From Mobula hypostoma (taxonomy: Eukaryota): a DNA stretch of 64,000 nt. How positions within the stretch are numbered: the first letter of the stretch is position 1; every line of letters starts with the position of its first letter. Made by a program: the position numbers and the translations under genes. Location of the stretch: NCBI RefSeq assembly GCF_963921235.1, contig NC_086097.1, positions 144,462,001 to 144,526,000 of the forward strand, written 5' to 3'. The notes below the pieces were generated by a model. It was not told the origin of the DNA. It did no database searches and saw only the letters and a program-made list of their open reading frames with translations. Below, piece by piece: positions 26,501 through 39,147 of the stretch.

Positions 26501-29500
26501 GTCAAAGAGCTCCTGATATTATTGCTAATGATTCCAGCACCTGGAGTCTCCTGTGTAACCAGAATATTTAGATTTCTGTTGATAGAGGAAGGCCGTGGGA
26601 ATGAGCAGACTTTTAATTCCATTACACTCAATAGTCCCATGTTTCTTCTAACTCAAACTATATGATTTGATAGAAACGACAAACAGGAAGGCCACCATAC
26701 TTCTCAGGAGTTTATTCCATAATATTTGACAAAGTGAAATAAAATATTATCATTATTTTGAGTGCTGATGTTGCAATCATTGTAAAATTGTTAGTGAAGG
26801 AGAACTATTCAATGCAGTTTAATGAAATCACCCAATCCAATGAAGTATGAAGAACACATAAAATGGGGTATCTTAGGCCTGTGAAATTGCAAATCCCCAC
26901 CCCAATGTTTGTGAAGTGAGCAAGTTACTTTGGGAACACTTCGTTCTAACGGGTCATGCCAATGTGCATCAGAAAGCCAATTTCATCTGGATACCATTCT
27001 AGTATGGAGTGTTCCTCATCTCACTACACTGACAAGTAGAAGACTTCTTGAAATCACTGTTGCCGAGAAAATCATCTTCATTTGATAGCACTAAGCATAC
27101 CATGAGTAAGTAAGAGTGCATTGTACTCTGCTTTCAAAATTCAATTTGGGGTTTTGGAGGCAGAAGGCAATATTTTGCAATGACTAGTGTTAAATGCTAC
27201 TGACTAGTGATAAATTAATGTCTCCAACAGAACATCTCTAATTGCAAAAGGATTACAATACTTAAAAGTTCCTGAGATGTGAGCATAAATAGTAGTCCCT
27301 GGCCAGCTTGGAGAAGCTGATGATGAGTTGGCTTGAAGCACTCCAACTCATGAAGTGAAAGGACTCCCTTTATGTTTTCAGCAGGTGATCGAATGGTTAA
27401 TGATGTGCCAATGCAACTACTGACCCAGTTCTGGACTGTGGAGCTCATTGGTTTAGAGTGATGCAGTTGAAGCTTTGATGAATTAGTTATAGTTGTAATG
27501 AATTGCTTTGAATTAGTTACTGTTACTATGAGTCAGGCACAGCAGCCATTTTGAACAAATCTACTGCTTTTTGGAGAGCTCTGTAGTCTGCTTAAAATAG
27601 TGCAATGAAATCTTTCTGATATCCAGATGATGATCCCTGACAATGCAGTACTTCTTTGGTACTACAGCGTTAGTTGTGATATATAACTTAATCAGACAAG
27701 ATGGAGTGCTTATAACATCTGAGTAGGAGAGTAGGAGCCCTTTCCCAAATTAATCTAACTGAAAAGTGGAAAAAGAAAATTAAAATGTAGCCATTGCATT
27801 CCTGATACTAACATGCCCAGGTTATGTGTGTGTGTGTTTTATTTTCTCTCACAGAGTCTAATGGAGCCTAAATTATTTGTTTCTACCTCATGTGCATAGC
27901 TTGTAGGTAATGTACTGATTCTTCAGAGTGACTGTGGAGGATGTATTTAAATTATTTAACACCTTGGTATAACAAAAATAAGAGAATTTTGGAAATAAAT
28001 GAAGTGTGAATTATTTTTCAAATGTGTTTTGTCTTCATCCTTCTCATTTCAAATCTGTAAGGTGTAAAAATGGGAGAAAGTTTTGCATTCAACATGGCAA
28101 GGAAACTCATGGCAGTTAAAGATCAGGAGAAGGCTTCATAGATAGTTTGGGTGGGAGAGAGATGGCTGAATTTTGAATGATCTGAAGCTGAATAGGGGTC
28201 TTTGGGGGACTCCACAGTTTCAACTTTTCAGAGAGTACATGAGATGGATCTTCATCTTCTAGCTCTTTTTATGGTCGTCAATAATCTTCATCAGAGCTAA
28301 AATCATACTCATGACAGAGGGCTCAGCAAAACCAAGTTCACCAAGAAAGATTTTAAGGATAGCCTACAAAAGAAAACATAATTGAAGAGGAATGGGCCAA
28401 GAGACTTGAGGGTGATAGATAGAAGCAAATGAGGGGAGGGTGGTGACATTATGAGCATTTCCCTTAACCTGCAATATTGTGGCATCCATCCTGTCCTCTC
28501 TCAGTCCTTATAGAGAGTTTTAACCTTGAAATATAGCTTTTGCCTAATTGACTCATTGAGTTCTTCTAGCATTTTCTTTTCATTCCAGATTCCAGTATCT
28601 ACAGTCACTTTTCTCTTCAATGATATTGAGTCTGAGGCTTTGAACTTTCATTTTGGTGAAATAGTTCTACAGTTGGGGATAAAGGATATTGCAACACACG
28701 TGTGAGAGATCTAATGATGCCGCAGCAGTTTTTAGGAGGGAGGGACTGGGAGTGCACAGCAATCCAGGGAAGTAGTAAAATTGTTTTCCTCTAACTGAGG
28801 CATAGGTCTATACAGCTCTGAGCATTTCACATTGTGCTGCAACATTTAAATCAGTTTGGTTCCAAAAGTTTGCAAGTGACTCTTTGGCTTGCTTTAGAGT
28901 TTGAGGTTTCATGATAATAATGTAGCCCAACACCTTTGCACGTATTCTACTGTACCATCTCAATTTTACATGATTGTGAACTGTCAACATCTCACCGGCC
29001 CCAAGCTGCATATTAGATTTTGTATATTACACATGACCCATTGCATTCCTATCGTGTGCCAAATGGCACACCACACATCAGGTAGCACACCACATCATGT
29101 CAAATGTACCACACATCATACTCACACCACATAGCAGCCACACTCCACTTTGCAACCAAAAATTGTAACAAAATATTCTTCAAAATAGACTAAGAGGGAG
29201 AGTAAAACAATATTTTTAATGGATTTTCTAACTTTGGGATAACTCCCTGAGCAGTCACCAGTCAAGCAGTTTCTAGGAACAAAAATTCAAATGCAATTTA
29301 CATCTAATCAATGTATCAATTAAATCTTCCAGATAATTGATAAAATGATTAACAACTAAATATGCTGACTACAGTCCAATCCAGAGTAATAAGAAATTAC
29401 TTTGACCCAGTCTCATGTTTGGTGTTGATTAGTTCTTATCCAGAGAATTCATATTAGAGGGATCAGAAGTGGTGACTTCATGTGATCAGACATGATCTTC

Positions 29501-29843
29501 TTCACTGCCAGTTGAGGTGTGATCTCATTTAGGGGAATATCTAATTAAAGAATTGGGTTCAAGGTCAGCACACTCAATTTGAATTTTGCAGTCAAATATT
29601 ATATATTCAGATAACAGTGGAAAGTGTGGGCAACAATATTCCCAATACTTGTTGATGTACTTACCTCTCAATTTGTGCAGATGATTTAATGCCACAGCCA
29701 CAGATCTCAAAATTTCCTTAGTCTGCGTTTTAATAAAATGATGTCCAAGATTTGTTGGATTTATGGAAGAACAACAACTGTAAAAGTCATCTATAATTTT
29801 AGAGAAGGCCATCATCTCTACAATACTTGTGGCAAACTTCCCT

Positions 29844-31016
29844 TGTGATGTATTGGGTTTACTGACGGTGAGTTCTAAACTCAAACGGAGGGCTTAAACT
29901 CTATCAAATATAAATAGCCACGTGTACTCTCACTAAAGCGAGATTATACTGTAATTACCCAATCTTCAAAAACTAGTTTACCTCGCTGTTTATTCTGCAT
30001 GTCGAGTTTTAGTTGCCAACACCTACTAAGTGAGCAATGGGTCCCCCTCACTACCAAGGAAAAGATACTTCCAACTAAACAAAGTACTTTAAACACAGTT
30101 CAATTATTTTCAGTGATATGTGTTTAAATCCAAACAATGTTCTTAAAACATTTAAAATTCATAGAGGATTTCTAGCTTATAAAATATTTCCAAATTACAA
30201 ACCAGTTCTAAAACATAAAGGATTTCCAAAACACAGGTATAATTCCTTTAATCTAAATAGAGACACTAATAATGCAAAACGAATTGTCCACTGAACAAAC
30301 TGAAGCCAGAGGAAGGAATTCTAGTCACCCCATCTTCCTATCGTTCTTCTTGATGTTCTTTAGCCACAGCTGATAAGCTTGAACTGCTCTCTACATTCAT
30401 ACCCTTTTTCTATCACTTGCATGATTTCACACATATATGATATTTCCTCAGTTACCCCTTTAACACAAATTGTCTAAATACATTTTGGAGACATAGATCT
30501 CAGCTTAAAGCTCACAGTTCACAATTAATGCTATGAAGCTAACTTCCATGAGTATATAAATCTTCCAACTAAAAATACATCAGTTATTTGATATGCTAAA
30601 TAATATTATCCACCTGGTTCTGCAATTTTTCATGAACCAAGCAACTTAGAGTCAGCTTGTCTGTTTGAAACAAGCCAAATTAAACAACTCAATATCTTGT
30701 TCTGCATCTCAAGCAGCAATAAACCAGGTGTCGTGAGCTAAATCTTATTTCTCACAGACAGTGTATCTATCCTCAATGCAGTGTGTATGCAAAGCTGTTC
30801 TATACACAGTACTTGTTCTAACATCAAGCTGATTACTGCTTGCCATTTACATTTTAAGGACTGAAGACTGACTTCCATTTATGACTAGAAGTCAATTGTT
30901 AGTTGAAAGTTTAATTACAATTGTTTGTGATTTTACAAGTGGCTGCCACTGTGTTTAGAAAGCAAGATTAACAAACGACCAAAAGGCCTACTGGCCAGGA
31001 GTGAATATTCATCACA
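29844..31016 (-). repeat. 3' LTR of the foamy-like ERV (1173 bp)
   Basis: Bounded by a perfect 7-bp inverted repeat, TGTGATG (29844-29850) and CATCACA (31010-31016). Directly preceded on the minus strand by a polypurine tract. Minus-strand AATAAA at 29989-29994 and candidate TATAA at 30177-30181. Its U5 end is homologous to 43832-43935. Confidence 0.85.
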
Positions 31017-31026
31017 TCCCCCTTTT
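31017..31026 (-). promoter_or_regulatory. Polypurine tract (plus-strand primer site)
   Basis: Minus strand reads AAAAGGGGGA immediately followed by the LTR start TGTGATG. Confidence 0.8.
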
Positions 31027-32689
31027 GTTAAGCAAGATTTTTAGCCCAGCTTCTTCCAACACACATCAGCTTCAAGATCAAGACACCTCTCTGGAACAGA
31101 CTATCATTGTTCCATCTATTCCAGTAGGTTACCAATGCTAGAAAGGCTATCTTTGATCTGATACCAAAGAACTATTGAGTACTTCCAAATTTAGAGGTTT
31201 CTGTGTGATTTCTCTTCAGAATATTGACTTCCTCAATCTCAGCTGGACACATTTCCCAAACCCCAAAGGAATTACAACATTATAATTGTCCACAAGCATG
31301 CAACAATGATGCATCAACATCCATATTAGCCCATCTTTAAGATCTTCTTCCCCACAAACAGTTCTTGCCATTTCTTTGATGCAAGTTCAAATCACTGTCT
31401 CTGTGGCCATTAGTTCATCAGGTCATCTTTTCTCATAGGAGTGTTTGCATTGTGTTTGATGTGGTGCACAACTTTACTGAGGTTTCATGAAAGCAAGACT
31501 CATAAACAATTTACTGATTGTGTATTACTGTCTTCTTATGCCCAAGGGTTAATAAACACACATTTTAATTTTAGAAAATTATATCCATCAGTTACATGAT
31601 TTCACAATATAACAATATGCATAAAAAAGGAAACATTTACAAAAGTTATGAAGAGTACAGTTCTGTTGAGGATTCTGCCTAAACTCACAGAAAAAAAAGT
31701 GTCACAACGTACATTAGAGTTGGCTATGTCCCTCTTGTGGGAGTGAACACCAACTCGTATGATATAACTGAACATTCTGCTACCAACCAGACCATCCGCA
31801 TGTTTCTTCCCATCGTCATGATTCTGGACTCTATAATTGTTCAGGTCTCCCCCCTTTACTTTGTTAAGGACTGGGCCTGACTGAGAAGAATTTGATACAT
31901 CTTTCCAACTTTTGTGATTTCCCTGAAAACTCTAACTGAGCAAGGCAGTTCTGTCAGATCATGGGATTTTATCAACCAAATATACAAACTATTCTTATAG
32001 CATAAAGAGCAATTTTGGTAGGGTTAGTGGTTCTACTTGTTGCATTGTAGGAGTACCAGATATGCAATATATGCTTATACCCAAATAGTAAGTAAAACAC
32101 ATTCATATAGTTCTACCTTAAGACAATATAAAACTTTGTAGATCTTGGAGGCCCTAGGATTACATCTCTGTTTCCAAATAAATCACAATCAAATAGGTAA
32201 AAAGGTTGGCAGGAGTATAGCATTCCTCAGGGGCAGCTATTTTTCTCCTACTCATAAGTCTTTTACCATTGTATAAGATAACACACAAAATATAGTAAAA
32301 TAGATGGTTTGCATATAAAAGTAAAGATATAAATTATGATAATTTAATACTGTCCCTAGCAGTGAACAACAGATTTACAAAGTTTAATCTATTAAAATCT
32401 TAAGAACCATATATATAAAAAGTTACCCATGTTAGAAAGTAAATATGCAACATCCAAATAGGTAAGTAAAAATAATCTTTGTTGACTCATCTCTCTGTGG
32501 GATTGTGTTATTAGACCAATTATTCAGGACAGCAGATAGCAAAGCAGTCATACTAGAGATACATTATATTATATTACAGTGCAGGTCAGGCATGGGAGTT
32601 AAAGAGTCTTAGGAGTGGAGCCATTGTACAAAAAAAGGATAGGTCACCAAACTTGCATTCTTGCAGGCTTGAACATTTTAGAAAATGAG

Positions 32690-33640
32690 CACTACAAAAA
32701 CAGCTAATCCAATGACTAGGGGAATTGTCCATTGGAAAAATGCAAAGAGGAAATCTTCAAACAAATTCAAAGTAGTGCCAATCCACCCAGAAACTGTTCT
32801 TGCTGATGCAGAACCGAAATTTGCAACATCTGGAAAGGTTTTAGGTATTGTTTCAACTAGAACATACAGCCAGTCAGGGGCTTAGTATCAGTCTGAAAAA
32901 GAAGCTTATAAAAGAGAAAATCTGCAGATGCTGGAAGTCCGAACAACACACACACACAAAATGCTGGAGGAACTCAGCAGGTCAAGCAGCATCTATGGAA
33001 AAAAGTACAGTTGACGTTTCTGGCCGAAACCCTTCAGCAGGACTGGAGGAAAAAAGCTGAGGAGTAGATTTGAAATGTGGGGAGAAGGGAGAGAGAAACG
33101 GGAGGTGATAGGTAAAACTTGGAGATGAGGGATGAAGGAATGAGCTAGGAAGATGATTGGTGAAAGAAACAGAAGGCCATGGAAGAAAGAAGAAAGGTGG
33201 GAGGCGTAGTGGAGGCATTACTGGAAGTTTGAGAAATTGATTTTCATGCCATCAGGTTGGAGGCTACCCAAATGGAATATAAGGTGTTGTAAAAGGAGGG
33301 TGTCTCACTCATCTGATTGTGTCAGTTCAGTGACTTGGAATGTATAGAGAAATATTATTTTAATTTGACTGAGTTTCTTCCAGCCATTGTTGATGAATAT
33401 CAAGTCCTCCTAAAAATATTATCATAAGCACCATTTCTTCCTGGAGTTTGTGTCTGTGTTATTCTGAAGACAAAAACACCTTCTGGATGTATTATGCCCG
33501 GGCAATGGATCTATGAGATCATCCTGAAGTAAACAGGAATTTTTACATTTCTTTTTGGATCTTAACATGTATTTTATCTTTTCAATACAACTCACCCTGT
33601 CCTTCCCATTGGTGTGTAGAGGTTCCACGGTCTAACATAA
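32690..33640 (-). pseudogene. env: env remnant (mostly deleted; TM C-terminus retained; split by a Penelope insertion)
   Basis: 32690-32880 (-) translates APDWLYVLVETIPKTFPDVANFGSASARTVSGWIGTTLNLFEDFLFAFFQWTIPLVIGLAVFVVLIF*. This resembles the foamy Env TM end (TPAWIQQLAAATKDVWPAAA...GYLKPILIGVGVILLVILIF) and ends in a hydrophobic anchor. The assignment of 33290-33640 to env is positional and weaker. Confidence 0.7.
32908..33290 (-). mobile_element. Penelope 3' terminal fragment inserted in ERV env
   Basis: acacacaaaatgctggaggaactcagcagg terminal repeat, hammerhead-like motif at 33008-33045, and a purine-rich tract. Confidence 0.85.
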
Positions 33641-34977
33641 GGGTTCTACTCATTCTAGGGGCATAAATCCTGCTAGGGTAGGTTTGATGTTATTTGTGGA
33701 GACAGTTTTACTTACAGTCTTGTTTCCTCTCCTGGTCTTGATTACCACAGTCCTATTGTTGATAACTTAGGTAATGAGACAAGGATGTTTCCATCCAGGA
33801 TGGAAACTAGGGTCAGAATTATTTTTATGGAATTTCTTTTCTTGGAGCCAGTCTCCTTTTTGTTGTATCCAGACTTTCTTTTCAGGTTCTTTTGCTTTCT
33901 CTTGAATTTCCATAAAATCTCTCAATTACTTGAAGAGAGTTGTTTCAGGTATAGGCAATGATCGATGTGAGTTAGTGATCAGGATGTATTTAGGTAAACA
34001 TTGTACATCAAGAAATAAAGTGTAACATTCTTGTGTCCTCCTATTTTCATAATTGACAAGATGTTTATGGCCAATGAACTCCAGGGACAAGTAAAGCCCA
34101 CTTTTGGACTCTAGACCAGTTTTGCCAGACTTTGCTTAATCTTCTGATTTCTTTGCTCCACCCTACCACTCGATAGTGGATGGAATGGAGTGCTGTACTC
34201 CACTTGTATGACTGTTTATTCATACATGGAGATCCTGTATCAGCATGTATTCAGGTGGTGGGTGGGGGGGGGGTGCAAGGTGTGGGAGTGGCAGCATATG
34301 AGAATATGGAGTTTTGGAGTGCTGTGGTTGTTGCGGCCTCATCACAAGAAACTGTGAGGACTAACTGCATATATCCCATACAAAGTTCAACTATCATAAA
34401 AATATACCTATCAGTTTTCTGATGAAGTGGGTTAGTTGGAGATGCTGGATATAGGCCTATTGAATTAATTTGCTACATCTGCATTGGTGCAGTTGGCTTT
34501 GTTTGTCTAGTAGGAAGTGATCTTGTGACTGCTCCTTTATCATAGGCCAGACATTCTTCACAATTTGCAATTCATTGTTTACAATCACTCAACGTGTAAG
34601 GCCACCAGTATAACATAGCTAATTTTGCATGAGTGGCTTGTTCGCCACTATAATTGTGTTTGAATCCTCGGTGGTCTTCTTGAATTGGTGCTTCCCGCTT
34701 GTGGGCAGGATGTATTTGCTTCTTTTTTTATAATCTAGGCCAACATACCCAAACGTTGCCCTCACCTTTAGCTTCATATTTGTACCATGTTGGAAATTCT
34801 TTTGGATTGAGTTCAAAAGTATTGAGAAGAATTCTTAAAACATCAACCTGGTTATTTTTTACTTATTGCTTAGTTACTACCAAAACGGTCTCCCTTACCG
34901 TAGTAATATCCATCCCAAAAGAGGCCTACAGTATGTCCCAGGAAGTGTAACACCTGTACTAATGGTTTAAACAAAAA

Positions 34978-36625
34978 TAGAACATAGAACATAGAACATA
35001 GAAAACCTACAGCACGATACAGGCCCTTTGGCTCACAAGGTTGTGCCGAACATGTCCCTACCTTAGAAAGTACTAGGCTTACCTATAGCCCTCTATTTTT
35101 CTAAGCTCCATATACCTATACAAAAGTCTCTTAAAAGACCCTATCGTATCCGCCTCCACCACCATTGCCGGCAACCCATTCCACGCTCTCACCACTCTCT
35201 GAGTAAAATACTTACCCCTGACATCTTCTCTGTACTTACTCCCCAGCACCTTAAACCTGTGTCCTCTGCGGCAACCATTTCAGCCCTGGGAAAAAGCCTC
35301 TGACTATCCACACGATCAATGTCTCTCATCATCTTATACACCTCTATCAGGTCACCTCTCATCCTCCATTGCTCAAAGGAGAAAAGGCCGAGTTCGCTCA
35401 ACCTGTTCTCATAAGGCATGCCCCCCAATCCAGACAACATCCTTGTAAATCTCTTCTGCACCCTTTCTATGGCTTCCACATCCTTCCAGTAGTGAGGCGA
35501 CCAGGACTAAGCACAGTACTCCAGGTGGGGTCTGACCAGGGTTCTGTATAGCTGCAACATTACCTCTCAGCTCCTAAATTCAATTCCACGATTGATGAAG
35601 GCCAATACACCGTATGCCTTCTTAACCACAGAGTCAACCTGCACAGCTGCCTTGAGCATCCTATGGACTCGGACCCCAAGATCCCTCTGATCCTCCACAC
35701 TTCCAAGAGTCTTACCATTAATACTATATTCTGCTACCATAATTGACCTACCAAAATGAACCATTTCACACTTATCTAGGTTGAACTCCATCTGCCACTT
35801 CTCAACCCAGTTTTGCATCCTATCAATGTCCCGCTGTAATCTCTGACTGCCCTCCACACTATCTACAACACCACCAACCTTTGTGTCATCAGCAAACTTA
35901 CTAACGTATCTCTCCACTTCCTCATCCAGGTCACATAAAAATCACAAAGAGAAGAGGTCCCGGAACAGATCTCTGAGGCACTCCACTGGTGACTGACCTC
36001 CATGCAGAATATGACCCGTCTACAACCACTCTTTGTCTTCTGTTGGCAAGCCAATTCTTGATCCACAAAGCAATGTCCCCTTGGATCCCATGCCTCCTTA
36101 CTTTCTCAATAAGCCTTGCATGGGGTACCTTATCAAATGTCTTGCTGAAATCCATATACACTACATCTACTGCTCTTCTTTCATCACTGTGTTTTGTCAC
36201 ATCCTCAAAAAATTCAATCAGGCTTGTAAGGCATGACCTGCCCGTGACAAAGCCATGCTGACTAATCCTAATCATACCTCTCCAAATGTTCATAAATCCT
36301 GCCTCTCAGTATCTTCTCCATCAACTTACCAACCACTGAGGTAAGTGGGCTAGCTCTACTCCCTTTCTTGAATAAAGGAACAACATCCACAACCCTCCAA
36401 TCCTCCGGATCCTCTCCCGTCCCCATTGATGATGCAAAGATCATTGCCAGATGCTCAGCAATCTCCTCCCTCACCTCCCACAGTAGCCTGGGGTACATCT
36501 CATCCAGTCCCAGTGACTTGTCCAAATTGATGCTTTCCAAAAGCTCCAACACATCCTCTTTCTTAATATCTACATGCTTAAGCTTTTCAGTCTGCTGCAA
36601 GTCATCACTACAATCACCAAGATCC
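34978..36625 (-). mobile_element. CR1 LINE 3' fragment
   Basis: RT fragments (SQHGFVTGRSCLTSL, SKFADDTK, RGDLIEVYK) and a tandem (agaacat)n tail at 34979-35003. Inserted within the ERV RNase H region. Confidence 0.95.
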
Positions 36626-37224
36626 TTTACATAATAATTCATAAATATTCCTAACATAGTTAGAGTCAGTACATATCAATCAAGATCGGCTGTGTTGTAT
36701 TTACTTGTTTTGGACATAATTTTAGGGATTTAGCCTCTGCAATTTGAGTTGTATGATTCCCTAAAGGATGTGCTTACAACTTATGTGGTTCAAAGTCAGT
36801 TTCCGATATAAAGATAATTCCTTTTATAATCAGAAGCAGTGATTATAATTGAGTGGATCCAACTTTCTGGATTTTCATTGTTGATTCATTTCAGTAATAT
36901 ATTTGAGAATAGTGCTCTAAAGGATGTTGTGCTACATTGGGTCATAGAGAAAGTGGCTTTGCATTTTCCATGAAAGGTAAGGATTCTAAGTTAGAGCTTC
37001 CAAGAATGTTTTCTTACATTAAGATGTTGTCTTCTAAAAGTGTTTGCCATTTACCATGTCTAGTTATAGTAGCTCACTGTTCATTTGTTGATAATTTGCT
37101 TTCATTTTTCAAAGCTGCAAGCTCTGTTTGTATAATGATTGGTTTGCCCCTTGCAGTGTCTCACTGCACTGTGTTCAGGCATTGTTCTAGAGCAGTGTAT
37201 TTCTGTTCCACTGATGAGAAATTG

Positions 37225-39147
37225 CAGTGCCTTGTAAAAGTACTCAGCCCCCAACCCTTAGTTCACATGACTGGGTATTGCAACCAGGGATTTTGATCAA
37301 TTTAGCTGACAATTTTTATTTGTGAATCACACGCTTGTTTTTTCACAATAGAATCTTAAAAACTGAGGAAATTGTAAAGCATGAAAAACTAAAAATATAA
37401 AAATTGAAATGCTAGCAGATCAAAAGTATTCATCTCCCTTTGCTCAGTACTTAATTGAACCATCTTCTACAGCTATCACAGACAATAGTCTTTTCGGATA
37501 AGTCTCTTCTAGCTTTGCACAACATGGTGGAGCAAGATTTCCACATTCCTCCTTGTAAAACTGTGCCACATTTGTAGGGGAATGGCAGTGGACAGCAATC
37601 CTGAGGTCCCGCCAGAGATTTTTGATCGGGTTAAAGTCAGGACTCTGACCGGGCCATAGAAGGACATCAATTTTCATTATTTGAAGTCACTCCATGTTTG
37701 CTCTGGCGATGTACCTTGGGTCATTGTCCTGCTGAAAGATGAACTTCCTCCCCAGCTTAAGCTTTCTGACAGAGGCTAGCAGGTTTTTATCCAGGATCTC
37801 TCTGTATATAGCAGAATTTATCTTCCGTTCAATCCTGACCAGATTTCCAGTTCCTGCTGCTGAAAAGTATCCCCATAACATGATGTTGCCTCCACCATAC
37901 TTTACAGTGGTGATGGTGTTAACCGGCAGATGAGCAGTATTAGATTTATGCCCACGTACCGCTTGGTGTTGAAGCCAAAAATTTCCCCTTTTGTCTCAAC
38001 TGAACACAAGACCTTCTTCCACATCATTACAGCATCGTCTAAGTGACACTTTGCAAAGCCTTTGCTTTTCTTTTTAGCCAGCTCTTCTCCCTTGCCACTC
38101 TTCCATAAACACAACTTTATTCAAGGCCTTGGAGATTGTGGAGCCATGAACTTCATCTCCTGTTGCAGCCTCTGGCTTCTGCAGCTCACTCGGTGTGACT
38201 GTTGGCATCACAGTAGCCTCTCTTACAAGTGCCATTCTTCTTTGGCGACTAGGTTTAGAGAGGCGGCCTGACCTAAGCAGTATGGTTGTGGTTTCATATT
38301 TTTTCCACTTCTTCATGATCAGCTGCTCTGAGCTCCAAGGTGTGTTCAGTGCCTTTGAGATGGTCTTGTACCCTTCCCCAGCTTTGCCCTTCTCTAATAT
38401 CAATTCCTTAACTTGGCTTGAATGCTCTTTTGCATTCATTTTGGTTTGGTCTGTTGAAAATCTACCATATTGTTGGGCCTTACAGAGAGAGGGGTACTTA
38501 TTCAGGCGATCTTCAAATTTTCTACTTCAACAAATTGGGTGAGTTGGTAAGGTAATATACAGTATTGTAGCTGAGGAAAACTAGAGTAGTAATTACAAAG
38601 GGGGTGAATACTTTTTCAGCCTCACAATTTTGTTCTTTAATTTTTAATAAATTGTTGACTGATTTTGGAATTTGCCTTTTGATTTGACATGATGCACAAT
38701 GTTCAGAATCAGAATCAGGTTTATTATCACCATGTGATGTGAAATTTGTTAACTTAGCAGCAGCAGTTCAATGCAATACATAATCTAGCAGAGAGAGAGA
38801 AAAAATAACAAATAAAATAAAACAAAATAATAAATAAACAAGTAAATCAATTACGTATATTGAATAGATTTTAAAAATGTGCAAAAACAGAAATATGCAG
38901 AAACAGCAATATTTAAAAAAGTGAGGTAGTGTCTAAAGATTCAACGTCCGTTTAGGTATTAGATGGCAGAGAGGAAGAAGTTGTTCCTGAATCACTGAGT
39001 GTGTGCCTTCAGGCTTCTGTACCTCCTACATGATGGTAACAGGTTTAGATTAGCTCAAAAATCCACCTCAATATACTTTAAGTTTAGAAAATGAGACATT
39101 AAAATGTGAAAATAGTTGTGGGGGTGAAATACTTTTTCAAGGCAATG
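37225..39147 (-). mobile_element. Tc1-like DNA transposon (IR/DR type) with decayed transposase
   Basis: Termini CAGTGCCTTGTAAAAGTACTCAGCCCC and GGGGTGAAATACTTTTTCAAGGCAATG, with TA at 39148-39149 (TG on the left). Inner repeats at ~37423 and ~38597. ORF fragments on the minus strand: [40 protein letters not shown]. Confidence 0.92.
38705..39040 (-). mobile_element. Rex1-type LINE 3' tail inserted in the Tc1
   Basis: (agaatc)2 tail followed by aggtttattatcac, and gatggcagagaggaagaagttgttcctgaatc matching other Rex1 ends. Confidence 0.7.

Noticed and set aside
29838..29843. Target-site duplication of the foamy-like provirus
   Set aside because: The 5' LTR outer end is missing, so no comparison is possible.
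31846..31858. Second purine tract (AAAGGGGGGAGA on the minus strand) as the LTR boundary
   Set aside because: It is not followed by TG or the terminal inverted repeat; the 31017-31026 tract is.
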